Shown one piece after another: positions 1 to 9,250 of a stretch of 64,000 bases of DNA; the stretch's first letter is position 1, and each line of letters begins with the position of its first letter. Source of the DNA: an uncultured delta proteobacterium (GTDB lineage Bacteria > Desulfobacterota > Binatia > Binatales > Binataceae); NCBI GenBank assembly GCA_963794325.1, contig CAWCDG010000004.1:992001-1056000 (forward strand), in the 5' to 3' direction. Made by a program: the position numbers and the translations under genes. The notes under the pieces were generated by a model. That model worked only from the letters and a program-made list of their open reading frames with translations, searched no databases and was not told the origin of the DNA.

Positions 1-16
1 TTCGCCAGTTCCATTT

Positions 17-1513
17 CTACTGCCTCAACCAATCGACGCTCTGCTCGTACGCATACGCGATCTTCAGGGGCGTCGCGTCCTGGAAATGCCGGCCGACGAT
101 CATCAATCCGACCGGAAGTCCGTTCGATTTCGCGCACGGCACACTGATCGCCGGATGCCCGGTGATATCGAATGGAGCGGTGTTGGTAATCATCGAGTAG
201 GGCGCCTGCGAGTCGAGGCGATGCGCCTTCATCGGCGTCGCGGGCATCACGAGCGCGTCGTACTCGGCGAGCGCAGCGTTGTATTTCGCGGTCAGCACAC
301 GCCGATAGCTCTGCACCTTCGCATAATATTTTCCGTGATAGCGCTCGCGCATCAGCTGCCCGAAGACCAGCATGAACTTGACGGTGATCGCGAGATCGTT
401 CGCTCTTTCGGGAAAGTGCTCACCGAAATGCGCAGCGAGTTCAGGCATGTACGCACCGGTGTGATGCGTCCCGTGCAGGTTGCTGTGTGCCAGCATCGCC
501 ATTCCTTCGGGCACGATCGCATAGATTAAATCGGACGCATCGCGATGCGCGGGAATTGAAATCTCGGTCGCGCGCGCGCCAAGTTTGCCGAGCGCCGCGA
601 CTGCGCGATTCACCGCCGCGTTTACGTCGGCTTCGGCGCCCGCATGCGTAAAGCCCTCGCGCACCACGCCTAGCTTGATGTTCTCGACAGACTTGCCGAG
701 CGCCTCGCGATACGGCGCAGTCGTCACCTCGCGCTGTCGCGGATCGAGCTCGTCCTTGCCCGCGATCACCTCAAGCAGCAACGCAACGTCGCTCACGCTA
801 CGAGCCATCGGTCCGACGTGATCGAGCGTCGGGTCGATACTCATCACGCCGGTGTAAGGCACCAGGCCGTAGGTCGGCTTGATTCCGACCACGCCCGACC
901 ACGATGCGGGAATTCTGATCGAACCGCCCTGGTCGGTGCCGATAGTCAGATCGATATCGTCGTAGTAAAGCGCCGCCGCCGACCCGCATGACGAACCACC
1001 CGCGCAATATTCCGGATTGTGCGGATTGCGCGCCGGTCCGTAAAAGCTGGTGCGGCCGTCGCCGGACAGCGCGAAGTCGTCCATGTTCAGCGTCGCGACA
1101 ATTTCCGCGCCCGCATCGAGCATCCGCGCGACGATCGTCGCGTCGCTCGCGGCCACGTGGCCTTTCAGCACCGACGATCCGCCGCTCGCCGGAATTCCGG
1201 CGACGCACACGCTGTCCTTCACACCGACGCGCTTGCCCTTGAGCGGACCGGACGCCGCGCCCTTGACGCTACATTGCGTGACGATCGCGTTCAGCGGATC
1301 GTCCTTGGGCGCTGGGCGCGTGCCTGCTTTGCGATGGCGATAACGCGTCACTGATTCCTGCGGCGCAGTGGCAATCGCGTCGATCTTCTCGAGGATCGCC
1401 GCCTGCCCCGCCATCATTCCTTGCAGCGCGGTCAGTTCCGCAGCCGTCAGCTCGATGTGATTCGCGCGCGCGATTTTTTTCAATTCTTCAGCGCTGGGTA
1501 TTTCGAATGCCAT
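17..1513 (-). CDS. Amidase signature family protein
   Basis: VGVKD, GGSSCGSAAA and GTDQGGSIRIPA amidase-signature motifs (Ser-cisSer-Lys triad). Confidence 0.92.
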   Translation of the reverse strand: MAFEIPSAEELKKIARANHIELTAAELTALQGMMAGQAAILEKIDAIATAPQESVTRYRHRKAGTRPAPKDDPLNAIVTQCSVKGAASGPLKGKRVGVKDSVCVAGIPASGGSSVLKGHVAASDATIVARMLDAGAEIVATLNMDDFALSGDGRTSFYGPARNPHNPEYCAGGSSCGSAAALYYDDIDLTIGTDQGGSIRIPASWSGVVGIKPTYGLVPYTGVMSIDPTLDHVGPMARSVSDVALLLEVIAGKDELDPRQREVTTAPYREALGKSVENIKLGVVREGFTHAGAEADVNAAVNRAVAALGKLGARATEISIPAHRDASDLIYAIVPEGMAMLAHSNLHGTHHTGAYMPELAAHFGEHFPERANDLAITVKFMLVFGQLMRERYHGKYYAKVQSYRRVLTAKYNAALAEYDALVMPATPMKAHRLDSQAPYSMITNTAPFDITGHPAISVPCAKSNGLPVGLMIVGRHFQDATPLKIAYAYEQSVDWLRQ

Positions 1514-1528
1514 CGTCGGAACCCTCTC

Positions 1529-2542
1529 TCAGGTGAAATATGGCAAAAGGTGCCGATGCGCGTCGTCCATTGTTTGCTGCGGAGGCACGCCCGGCACTTC
1601 GAAAAGCACCGGCGCCGTCACCCCGGCCTCGATCAGGCGCGACAGGTTCTCGCGGCATCGCGCGGGGCTGCCGGCAATCGTGAACGTATCGAGCATCTCG
1701 TCGGTCACCATATCAGTAGGTACTTTTCCGCGCGCGAAACTCTCACCAAATTTGAGGATCGTTTCGGGCGGTAAGCCAGCCGCCGCGAATATCGGCGTGT
1801 TCGGCTGCGGCGCCATCAGCGAGATCATAATCGCGACGATCGGGCGCAAACGATCGCGCGCTGCGCGCTCATCTTCCGAAATCGACGAAAAGATATACGC
1901 ACCGACGCTGAATGAGCGCTCGTCGCGGCCCGACTTCGCAAGTCCGCGCCGGACATGCTCCATCGCGAATTTCACATAGGCCGGCGACGACATCACGCTG
2001 AGCAGCAGACCGTCGGCGACTTCGCCCGCCATCTCGCAATTCTTCGGCCCGAGCACGCCGAGATGAATCGGAATCTCGGCACGCACCGGCTTGAAGCTCA
2101 ATTTGATTCGCTCGGTCTGAAACACTTTCCCCGCGTTGGTGACTTCTTCACCGTGAAAGAATCGCCGGATGATATCGATCGTCTCGCGCATGGCTAAGGT
2201 CGGCTTGCGGTATGGAATTTTCAGGCGCCCTTCGATCCAGTCTTTCAATCCAGCGCCGATTCCGAGAATCGCCCGGCCGTCCGATACTTCGTCGAGCGCG
2301 GCGAATTCCATCGCGGTCAACGCCGGATGTCGCAGATAGGGATTCACGATGCCGAGGCCAATCTTGATCTTCGACGTACCGCACGCGACTGCCGACGCCA
2401 CCGTGAATGCGCCGCGGTAGAATGGATCCTCGGGAATCCAAAACGTCCCGATGCCCAGTTCCTCGGCGTGCCTGGCGTGCGCGGCGAACTCGCGCGTGTG
2501 CAGATTTTCGAAACCGACTCCGAACTCGCGAACTTTGGCCAT
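1529..2542 (-). CDS. LLM class flavin/F420-dependent oxidoreductase
   Basis: AEELG..FWIPED, IVNPYLRHPALTAMEFAALDEVSDGRAILGIGAG, AGEVADG luciferase-like motifs. Confidence 0.9.
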   Translation of the reverse strand: MAKVREFGVGFENLHTREFAAHARHAEELGIGTFWIPEDPFYRGAFTVASAVACGTSKIKIGLGIVNPYLRHPALTAMEFAALDEVSDGRAILGIGAGLKDWIEGRLKIPYRKPTLAMRETIDIIRRFFHGEEVTNAGKVFQTERIKLSFKPVRAEIPIHLGVLGPKNCEMAGEVADGLLLSVMSSPAYVKFAMEHVRRGLAKSGRDERSFSVGAYIFSSISEDERAARDRLRPIVAIMISLMAPQPNTPIFAAAGLPPETILKFGESFARGKVPTDMVTDEMLDTFTIAGSPARCRENLSRLIEAGVTAPVLFEVPGVPPQQTMDDAHRHLLPYFT

Positions 2543-2546
2543 CGTC

Positions 2547-3014
2547 TTAAGCCTCGTTCTCGAACGCCATTCGCGGGCCCTGCGCGCACCACGAAAAATG
2601 GCAATGCCACATCTTCCAGACCGGCTTGCCGTGTTCGTCCTCGCGCACGTACACCTCGGTGCTGCGGAACTTGCCGCTGCCCGGCAGCGGCTGGCCGTCG
2701 GCGAGCGTGATAGTGAACGGCGCGTTGCACGAGAGCCATCCCATTTCGCCGCGGACTCGCACGCGCAGGTCTTCGTCCTCGCCGAGCGTCGCTTTCGCTT
2801 TGAACCTGGCGAGCCACTCCCACAGCGTCGCCCACTCTTCGATTCCGTCGTACGAAAAGCCGTTGAGGTTCCATCCGAAGAACCTGTCGCCGCCTACGAA
2901 CGCATCGCGCATCATCGGGATACTGCCCGTGCGATTCGCCTTCACCCAAATATTGTGCAGCCGCACGATCTCGTCGATATCCTTCTGCGGGCCTTCTCCG
3001 CGAATCTCCGTCAT
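2547..3014 (-). CDS. SnoaL/NTF2-like fold protein
   Basis: 155 aa, C-terminal RSTEVYVRE...WKMWHCHFS pattern typical of SnoaL-like proteins; co-oriented with the LLM gene. Confidence 0.7.
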   Translation of the reverse strand: MTEIRGEGPQKDIDEIVRLHNIWVKANRTGSIPMMRDAFVGGDRFFGWNLNGFSYDGIEEWATLWEWLARFKAKATLGEDEDLRVRVRGEMGWLSCNAPFTITLADGQPLPGSGKFRSTEVYVREDEHGKPVWKMWHCHFSWCAQGPRMAFENEA

Positions 3015-3147
3015 CGCGATTCCTCCGTTGCGCTCGTTCGTACGCGACTAGCTATAGCCCAGTTCGCGCCAAATGTTCATGCTTGGCGAATTTCAGAAAA
3101 TCGGACTAAGTTGGCATCGAGAAGGACAAGGACAGGAGGATCGAGCT

Positions 3148-4008
3148 ATGAACCAGTTCAACGTCGGCGACGTCAAGATAACCCGGATTATCGAGAGCGA
3201 GTCGCCATGGCCCGGCACCTTCATCATGCCCGACGCCATTCCCGAGAACGTCAAGAAGGAAGCGGACTGGCTCTATCCGATTTTCTCAGACGAGAAGGGC
3301 AAGCTCCGCATGAGCATCCACGCACTGGTGATCGAATCGAAGGGCAAGCGCATCATCGTCGATACCTGCATCGGCAACGACAAGGTCCGCTCGAATCCGG
3401 TGTGGAGCAATCTCAAGCTGCCGTTCCTCAGCGATCTGGAAAAAGCGGGACACAGTGCCGACCAGATCGATCGCGTCGTCTGCACTCATCTGCACGTCGA
3501 TCACGTTGGATGGAACACCACGCTCAAAAACGGCAAGTGGGTGCCGACGTTCCCCAACGCGCGCTATCTGATTGGCGGCACCGAATGGGATTTCTGGTCG
3601 ACCTTCGACGGCAAGGACATGCGCGATCCGGTCGAGGATTCGGTGCGGCCGGTGGTCGAGGCGGGCGTTGCCGACCTGATCGATTCGAACTTTCGCATCA
3701 CCGACGAAGTATGGCTCGAGCCGTCGCCCGGACACACCCCGGGGCATCACAGCGTGCGGATTTCGTCGAAGGGACAGGACGCGGTCATCACCGGCGACCT
3801 GATGCATCATCCGATTCAGTGCAAATACCCGGAATGGGACGACGGTTTCGATTCCGACGGCGCGATGGCGAAGAAGACGCGGCGCGCGTTCTGCGAGAAA
3901 TACGCCGACACCAACGTCGTCGTGTTCGGGACGCATTTCGCGACGCCGTCGGCGGGAAATATTTCGAAGAAGGGCGACTCCTTCACGTTCACGGCGGTCA
4001 AACAATAA
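3148..4008 (+). CDS. MBL fold metallo-hydrolase
   Basis: THLHVDHVGWN, PGHTPGH and GDLMH motifs; ATG at 3148 preceded by AGGAGG. Confidence 0.9.
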   Translation: MNQFNVGDVKITRIIESESPWPGTFIMPDAIPENVKKEADWLYPIFSDEKGKLRMSIHALVIESKGKRIIVDTCIGNDKVRSNPVWSNLKLPFLSDLEKAGHSADQIDRVVCTHLHVDHVGWNTTLKNGKWVPTFPNARYLIGGTEWDFWSTFDGKDMRDPVEDSVRPVVEAGVADLIDSNFRITDEVWLEPSPGHTPGHHSVRISSKGQDAVITGDLMHHPIQCKYPEWDDGFDSDGAMAKKTRRAFCEKYADTNVVVFGTHFATPSAGNISKKGDSFTFTAVKQ

Positions 4009-4014
4009 AGCGTC

Positions 4015-4683
4015 ATGGGCGACGTCGCGCTTTCATTCGACAACGGGCCCGATCCGGCGGTGACGCCGATTGTGCTCGACGTGCTCGCGCGTCGCGGGGT
4101 AAAAGCGTCGTTCTTCGTCGTTGGCAAGAATCTCGCGTCACCTGATCGGATGAAGCTGGCGCAGCGTGCGGCCGCCGAGGGGCATCGAATCGGCAATCAC
4201 TCGTACACGCATCGCATCCCGCTCGGCGACGATCGGAACCCTGATGCGGCCGATTCGGAAATCGCAAAGACCGAACAGTTGATCGGCGCGCTGGCTGAAA
4301 CACCTAAACTGTTTCGGCCGTTCGGCGGCGGCGGAAAGATCGGACCGCATCTGCTGAGCCGCGCCGCCGTCGATCACCTGGTCGCCAACCGCTACACCTG
4401 CGTGTTGTGGAATTGCGTGCCGGAGGATTGGATTGATCAGGATGCGTGGGTTGATCGCGCGCTTCAAACTGCCTCGACGCAGCCGCACACGCTGGTCGTC
4501 ATGCACGACATCCTCCCGCGCGCGATGAGCCATCTCGATCGCTTCATCGGCGCGCTGGTGGACGCGGGACATCGCATGACCAACGAGTTCCCCGCCGAAT
4601 GTATTCCGATCGAGCAGGGCGACATCATCCGCGACATCTCCGGCTTCGTGTCGTCGCCTCGCGCGTCCGCCGAGGAAGGGTAA
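4015..4683 (+). CDS. Polysaccharide deacetylase (NodB/CE4) family protein
   Basis: LSFDNGP, GNHSYTH, FRPFG and VVMHD motifs. Confidence 0.88.
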   Translation: MGDVALSFDNGPDPAVTPIVLDVLARRGVKASFFVVGKNLASPDRMKLAQRAAAEGHRIGNHSYTHRIPLGDDRNPDAADSEIAKTEQLIGALAETPKLFRPFGGGGKIGPHLLSRAAVDHLVANRYTCVLWNCVPEDWIDQDAWVDRALQTASTQPHTLVVMHDILPRAMSHLDRFIGALVDAGHRMTNEFPAECIPIEQGDIIRDISGFVSSPRASAEEG

Positions 4684-4882
4684 ATCACTTTATTTAATGT
4701 GAAACCCTCCGCGGGTTTCACGCTTCCGCGGCAGGGGTGACCCCTGCCCCCAGTGAGAAGCACGAAATGTTGAGGACAACCTTTCGCTCTCAGGTTCTGG
4801 GTTTTGGTGGCACAGGCTTTAGCCTGTGATTTTCTGTTCCGCGCAAATCCAGGAAAGAATCACAGGCTTAAGCCTGTGCCAC
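4684..4882 (-). repeat. Composite intergenic repeat: family A three-hairpin element plus family B GTGG-REP doublet (4807-4882)
   Basis: GGCAGGGGTGACCCCTGC core; GTGAAACCC/GGGTTTCAC hairpin; GTGGCACAGGCTTTAGCCTGTG...CACAGGCTTAAGCCTGTGCCAC; near-duplicate at 54887-55071. Confidence 0.92.
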
Positions 4883-4984
4883 TAAGAATCCCGACTACTG
4901 AGTACTCGTAGGGTCCCTGCTAGAACTTGGTAGCAGAAATAATTTGTCTTTGCGCGCGTTAATCTGTTTGGTACGCTTGTAGAT

Positions 4985-5476
4985 ATGAGTATGCATCTCC
5001 GCGCGCGCCGCTCGGTGGTTTCCGCGATTCTCAGTGCGATTGTTTTGTCGGTCACTGCGTCCGCCTTCGCGTTCGACATCGGGTCCCTGCTCAACAACAA
5101 GCCCAAAGAGCCGGATAAGTTCGCGATCATCCGGGTCGACAACCTTGCTTCGCTGATGAACGATCCGAACTCGCACGTAAATATCTATGACGCGAACGGA
5201 TGGGGCCTGCGTTCGACGGCCGGCGTGATTCCCGGCGCACACCTTCTCACCAGCGACGACAAGTACGACGTCGCAAAAGAGTTGCCCGCCGAAAAAAACG
5301 CCAAGCTCGTCTTCTACTGCGCCGATTTGCATTGAACGGCGTCGCATGAAGCCGCCCGGCGGGCGGAAGCAGCAGGTTACACCGACGTGAGCGTGATGAG
5401 CGACGGTATCGAAGGCTGGAAGCAAGCCGGCAAGCCAGTGGACTACCCGAAGCTCGAAGAATCGAAGAGCAGCTAG
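4985..5476 (+). CDS. Exported rhodanese-like protein with in-frame TGA (5333-5335), candidate selenoprotein
   Basis: Signal peptide (..TASAFA); YDAN, GVIPGAHLL, LVFYCADLH; after the TGA the same frame continues TASHEAARRAEAAGYTDVSVMSDGIEGWKQAGKPV, the rhodanese C-terminal signature, to TAG at 5474-5476. Confidence 0.8.
5352..5366 (+). promoter_or_regulatory. Putative bacterial SECIS hairpin
   Basis: CCGCCC-GGC-GGGCGG stem-loop; the apical loop starts with G, 22 nt after the in-frame UGA. Confidence 0.5.
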
Positions 5477-5557
5477 AGTCTCCGCGAAATGCTGGCCCGT
5501 TTGTTCCGGGGCGGTTTGTAACATCTTGATCGGTAAGCAGGCATTGGAGATACGGCA

Positions 5558-6664
5558 ATGCCAACTGACGCGACCCCATCGACGGAAAATCAACCAGCTC
5601 CCCTGAGCGCATCCAGCACACTGGCGCGATTGGCGGGCGTCGGCGCTATCCTCCTGGCTGTCGTCGCCGGTTTTCTCTATTTGGGAGGCTGGTTCAATCC
5701 GCATGAACTAACACCTGCGCGGTTCGTCGACGGTTTTGAAGAGGTTTTCGGAATCCATTCCGGTTTCCGCCGCAATCATGCCAAAGGCCTGTGCGTCGGA
5801 GGTTTTTTCGATAGCAATGGCAATGGAACGCGCCTCTCGAAGGCCGCTCTGTTCCCGACCGGCCGCGTGCCGGTCATCGGCCGCTTCTCGCTCGGCGGCG
5901 GCAATCCCGATGTTGGCGATACTCCCGACGCGATCCGTGGCTTCGGACTTCTTTTTCGCCTGGACGACGGCGAACAGTGGCGGACGGCGATGATCAATCG
6001 TCCGGTATTTCCGTTCAACACCCCGCAGGCCTTTTACGGCAACTTGATTGCTTCGAAACCCGACCCCAACACGCATAAACCTGATCCCGAAAAAATGGCG
6101 GCGTTCGCGGCCAGCAATCCCGAATTTGTGCAGGCGGTAAAAATCATTCAAAGCCATCCGGCGTCGTCCGGTTTCGACAACAGCACTTTCAACGGCCTCA
6201 ATGCGTTCCATTTCATCAACGCGGCCGACGTCTCGACGCCGGTTCGATGGTCGATGGTGCCGATGGATGCGTTTAAGCCTGAAGACCCGGCTCAATCCGC
6301 CAATCCCAACAAGAATTATCTCTTCGACGATTTCATCGCACGGATTCATAGTGGGCCCGTGCAGTGGCGGCTAGTCCTCACGGTTGGGCAACCCGGCGAC
6401 CCTACCGACGATGCGACGATCCCATGGCCGGAAGATCGGCTGCAGGTCGACGCCGGTACGCTGACCCTCGACCAGGTTGAGCCCGAGGCGCCTGGAAACT
6501 GTCGCGACATCAACTTCGATCCATTGGTGTTGCCGGTCGGCATTGCACCGTCCGACGATCCTTTGCTCAGCGCTAGATCTGCAGTTTATTCGCAATCGTT
6601 TACCAGACGCGCGGGCGAGACCAAGGAGCCGAGCGCGATCACGCCTTCGGACGTGCAAAAGTGA
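5558..6664 (+). CDS. Catalase-related peroxidase (SrpA-like), N-terminal membrane anchor
   Basis: RRNHAKGLC, RFSLGGG, SDDPLLSARSAVYSQSFTRR catalase-like heme motifs. Confidence 0.92.
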   Translation: MPTDATPSTENQPAPLSASSTLARLAGVGAILLAVVAGFLYLGGWFNPHELTPARFVDGFEEVFGIHSGFRRNHAKGLCVGGFFDSNGNGTRLSKAALFPTGRVPVIGRFSLGGGNPDVGDTPDAIRGFGLLFRLDDGEQWRTAMINRPVFPFNTPQAFYGNLIASKPDPNTHKPDPEKMAAFAASNPEFVQAVKIIQSHPASSGFDNSTFNGLNAFHFINAADVSTPVRWSMVPMDAFKPEDPAQSANPNKNYLFDDFIARIHSGPVQWRLVLTVGQPGDPTDDATIPWPEDRLQVDAGTLTLDQVEPEAPGNCRDINFDPLVLPVGIAPSDDPLLSARSAVYSQSFTRRAGETKEPSAITPSDVQK

Positions 6665-7218
6665 GCGTCAGGATGACGACGAACCCGCAGCAATTCCCGG
6701 TTTCCATGCGGATTCTTCACTGGCTGATGGCGGCGATGGTGCTGATCATGCTCGGCATCGGTGTAGCCATGGTGGCGTCACTCGCCGATTACCATCGGCT
6801 GGTAGCAATCCATCGCCCGGTGGGGATCCTGATCCTGATTTTAGTGATGATCCGGTTCGTGAACCGGCGCTTCAGCACCCTGCCCCCTTTTCCTGCGTCG
6901 ATGTCATCTCAGGAGCGCTTCATTGCACACGCGTCGGAAATATTGCTGTACACATTGCTGTTGGTGCAGCCTCTGGTCGGCTGGGGGATGTTATCCGCGG
7001 CGCGCTTTCCGATCGTCCTGTATGGGCCGCTGCATCTTTTCCCCATCCTTCCGCATAGCGTGATGTTGTACGCGGTATTGCGGAAGGCGCACACGATTCT
7101 CGCCTACCTCTTATTCCTCACGTTCATCGCCCATTTTGGAGCTGTACTGTTTCACACGCTGGTCTTGCGGGATCGGTTGTTCAGCCGCATGGCGCCTTAT
7201 AGGGTCCCCGCGCGCTAG
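6661..7218 (+). CDS. Cytochrome b561 family protein
   Basis: RILHWLMA, HRPVG, HASEILLY and H..LAYLL...HFGAVLFH heme histidines in 4 TM helices; overlaps the catalase stop (may start at ATG 6673). Confidence 0.9.
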   Translation: MSVRMTTNPQQFPVSMRILHWLMAAMVLIMLGIGVAMVASLADYHRLVAIHRPVGILILILVMIRFVNRRFSTLPPFPASMSSQERFIAHASEILLYTLLLVQPLVGWGMLSAARFPIVLYGPLHLFPILPHSVMLYAVLRKAHTILAYLLFLTFIAHFGAVLFHTLVLRDRLFSRMAPYRVPAR

Positions 7219-7363
7219 CGAGTTTCTGCAATACGGCACTCTACTCACTGTCGATGGCAACCGCGCATCAAAGCTTTGCGGGACTAATACTCTCCTTCAA
7301 GGTTCGAATCTCGGCAAATAGAATTGAGTCGCCCGCTTCGGGACTCCTCGCGCCGGCCGCAGC

Positions 7364-9172
7364 TTGATGCCATATAGTGTCGGCGTGCCGCGCGATACTG
7401 CTATCTCAGAATCCAATCCAACTCTGCGCGAGCTGACGCCGCGGAGTATCGCGCTCGGCATCGCGCTCGCGCTGATTCTCGGCGCGGCGAATGCTTACCT
7501 CGGCCTGTATGCGGGCCTGACCGTGTCCGCAAGCATCCCGGCCGCTGTTATCTCGATGGCGATACTGCGGATTCTCGGCGGCTCGACCATCCTCGAGAAC
7601 AACGTCGTGCAGACAATTGCGTCGGCAGGCGAGGCGGTCGCAGCGGGCGCGATTTTCACGTTCCCGGCGCTGCTGATTCTTGGCGGCGTCCGGACGCTGC
7701 CGTACGTCGAAGTGACGGCGCTGTGCGTCGTCGGCGCGACGATGGGCTCGTTGCTCGTCGTGTTCCTGCGCCGCGCGTATATCGTCGAGGAACGGCTGCC
7801 GTTTCCCGAAGGCGTCGCCTGCGCCGAGGTCCTTCGCGCCGGCGATGCACAAGCGAATGTTCGTCCGCTGGTAGTCGGCGGATTAATTTCGGCGGCTCTC
7901 AAAGCGCTTCAGGACGTCGCGGGAATTATTCCCGGTGCGGTGTCAGGCGCGCGATGGATCGGCAGCGCGGCGGTCGCGGGGTCGCTCGACATTTCGGCGG
8001 CGCTGCTCGGCGTCGGCTACATAATAGGAATCAGGATCGCGGCGCTGGTATTCGCCGGCGGCGCATTCGCGTGGCTGGTCGCGATTCCTGCGCTCACCGC
8101 ATTTCACGTTGGCGGAACGGGCGACGCCGCGACGACTGCGCAGCAACTTTGGAGCGGGCAGGTGCGGTATCTCGGCGTCGGCGCGATGCTGACCGGCGGA
8201 GTCGTGACGCTATGGAAGTTGCGCACGCGCATCGCGTCGGCGATCGCCGACAGCGTGCGCATCGTGCGCTCGACCCAGACCGTCGCAACCGCGCGCGAGG
8301 ACACCGACCTTTCGGCCCGAGCGGTGCTGACCGCGGTCGCGCTTTGCGTGCCGGTAATCTTCGCCATCTGCCTGGGGCTCAGCGGGAATGTGGCACTGAG
8401 CGCGGCGCTCGCGATCCTGCTGACGCTGATCTGTTTCTTCGCGACGGCGATCGCCGGGTACCTGACCGGAATAGTCGGCGCGTCGAACAATCCGGTGTCG
8501 GGCGTGACCGTGATCGTATTGCTCGCCGTCGCGCTATTTCTCAAATTGGTCGGCGTATCGCAAAGCGTCGGGCCGCAACTGGCGATTCTCTCCGGCGCGA
8601 TCGTGTGCACGGCGGCTGCGATGGCGGGTGATTCGACGCATGACCTCGCGACCGGATATCACGTCGGGGCGACGCCGCGCTCGCTCGAAATCGGCGTGCT
8701 GATTGGCGCGATCGCGTCGTCATTCGTGATGGCGCCGATTCTGAACCTGCTGATCGCCGGCTACGGAATCGCGGGCACTCCGACCGCGCGGGCCGGCGCG
8801 CTCGCCGCTCCGCAAGCATTCCTGATGGCGAAAGTGACGCAGGGAGTTTTCCACGGCGGATTGCCGCTCGGAACGATCGCAACCGGCGCAGCTCTCGCGG
8901 CGATTCTCGGCTTCATCGATCGCTACCTCGAACAAATCGGAGCGAAGTGGCGCACGCCTATCATGCCCGCCGCGATCGGTCTCTACCTTCCGTTCGGACT
9001 GAGCGTAACGATTTTTATAGGCGCGCTCGCGCATTCGCTGTTCGGACCCGACGAGCACGCCGAGAGCGGACCGGGCATCCTGCTCGCAGCCGGTCTGGTA
9101 GCCGGCGAGGCCCTGATGGGCGTCGCCAGCGGAGCAATGGTCACGGCGGGAATCAAGCTCCCGATTTTCTGA
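7364..9172 (+). CDS. OPT family oligopeptide transporter
   Basis: NAYLGLYAGLTVSASIPAAVIS, ENNVVQTIASAGE, LPFPEGVACAEVL, ASNNPVSG; exact start uncertain. Confidence 0.92.
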   Translation: MMPYSVGVPRDTAISESNPTLRELTPRSIALGIALALILGAANAYLGLYAGLTVSASIPAAVISMAILRILGGSTILENNVVQTIASAGEAVAAGAIFTFPALLILGGVRTLPYVEVTALCVVGATMGSLLVVFLRRAYIVEERLPFPEGVACAEVLRAGDAQANVRPLVVGGLISAALKALQDVAGIIPGAVSGARWIGSAAVAGSLDISAALLGVGYIIGIRIAALVFAGGAFAWLVAIPALTAFHVGGTGDAATTAQQLWSGQVRYLGVGAMLTGGVVTLWKLRTRIASAIADSVRIVRSTQTVATAREDTDLSARAVLTAVALCVPVIFAICLGLSGNVALSAALAILLTLICFFATAIAGYLTGIVGASNNPVSGVTVIVLLAVALFLKLVGVSQSVGPQLAILSGAIVCTAAAMAGDSTHDLATGYHVGATPRSLEIGVLIGAIASSFVMAPILNLLIAGYGIAGTPTARAGALAAPQAFLMAKVTQGVFHGGLPLGTIATGAALAAILGFIDRYLEQIGAKWRTPIMPAAIGLYLPFGLSVTIFIGALAHSLFGPDEHAESGPGILLAAGLVAGEALMGVASGAMVTAGIKLPIF

Positions 9173-9250
9173 TCTGACGTAGTCGCGCGCGAGATTGCGA
9201 ATACGCAATATCCAGGCGCATAGTAACATTTGTCTATCGATCGTTAGGCT

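Noticed and set aside
4807-4825. TGGCAC in family B REPs (and at 39069) as sigma-54 promoters
   Set aside because: GG to GC spacing is 11 rather than 10, and in family B the motif is part of the palindrome
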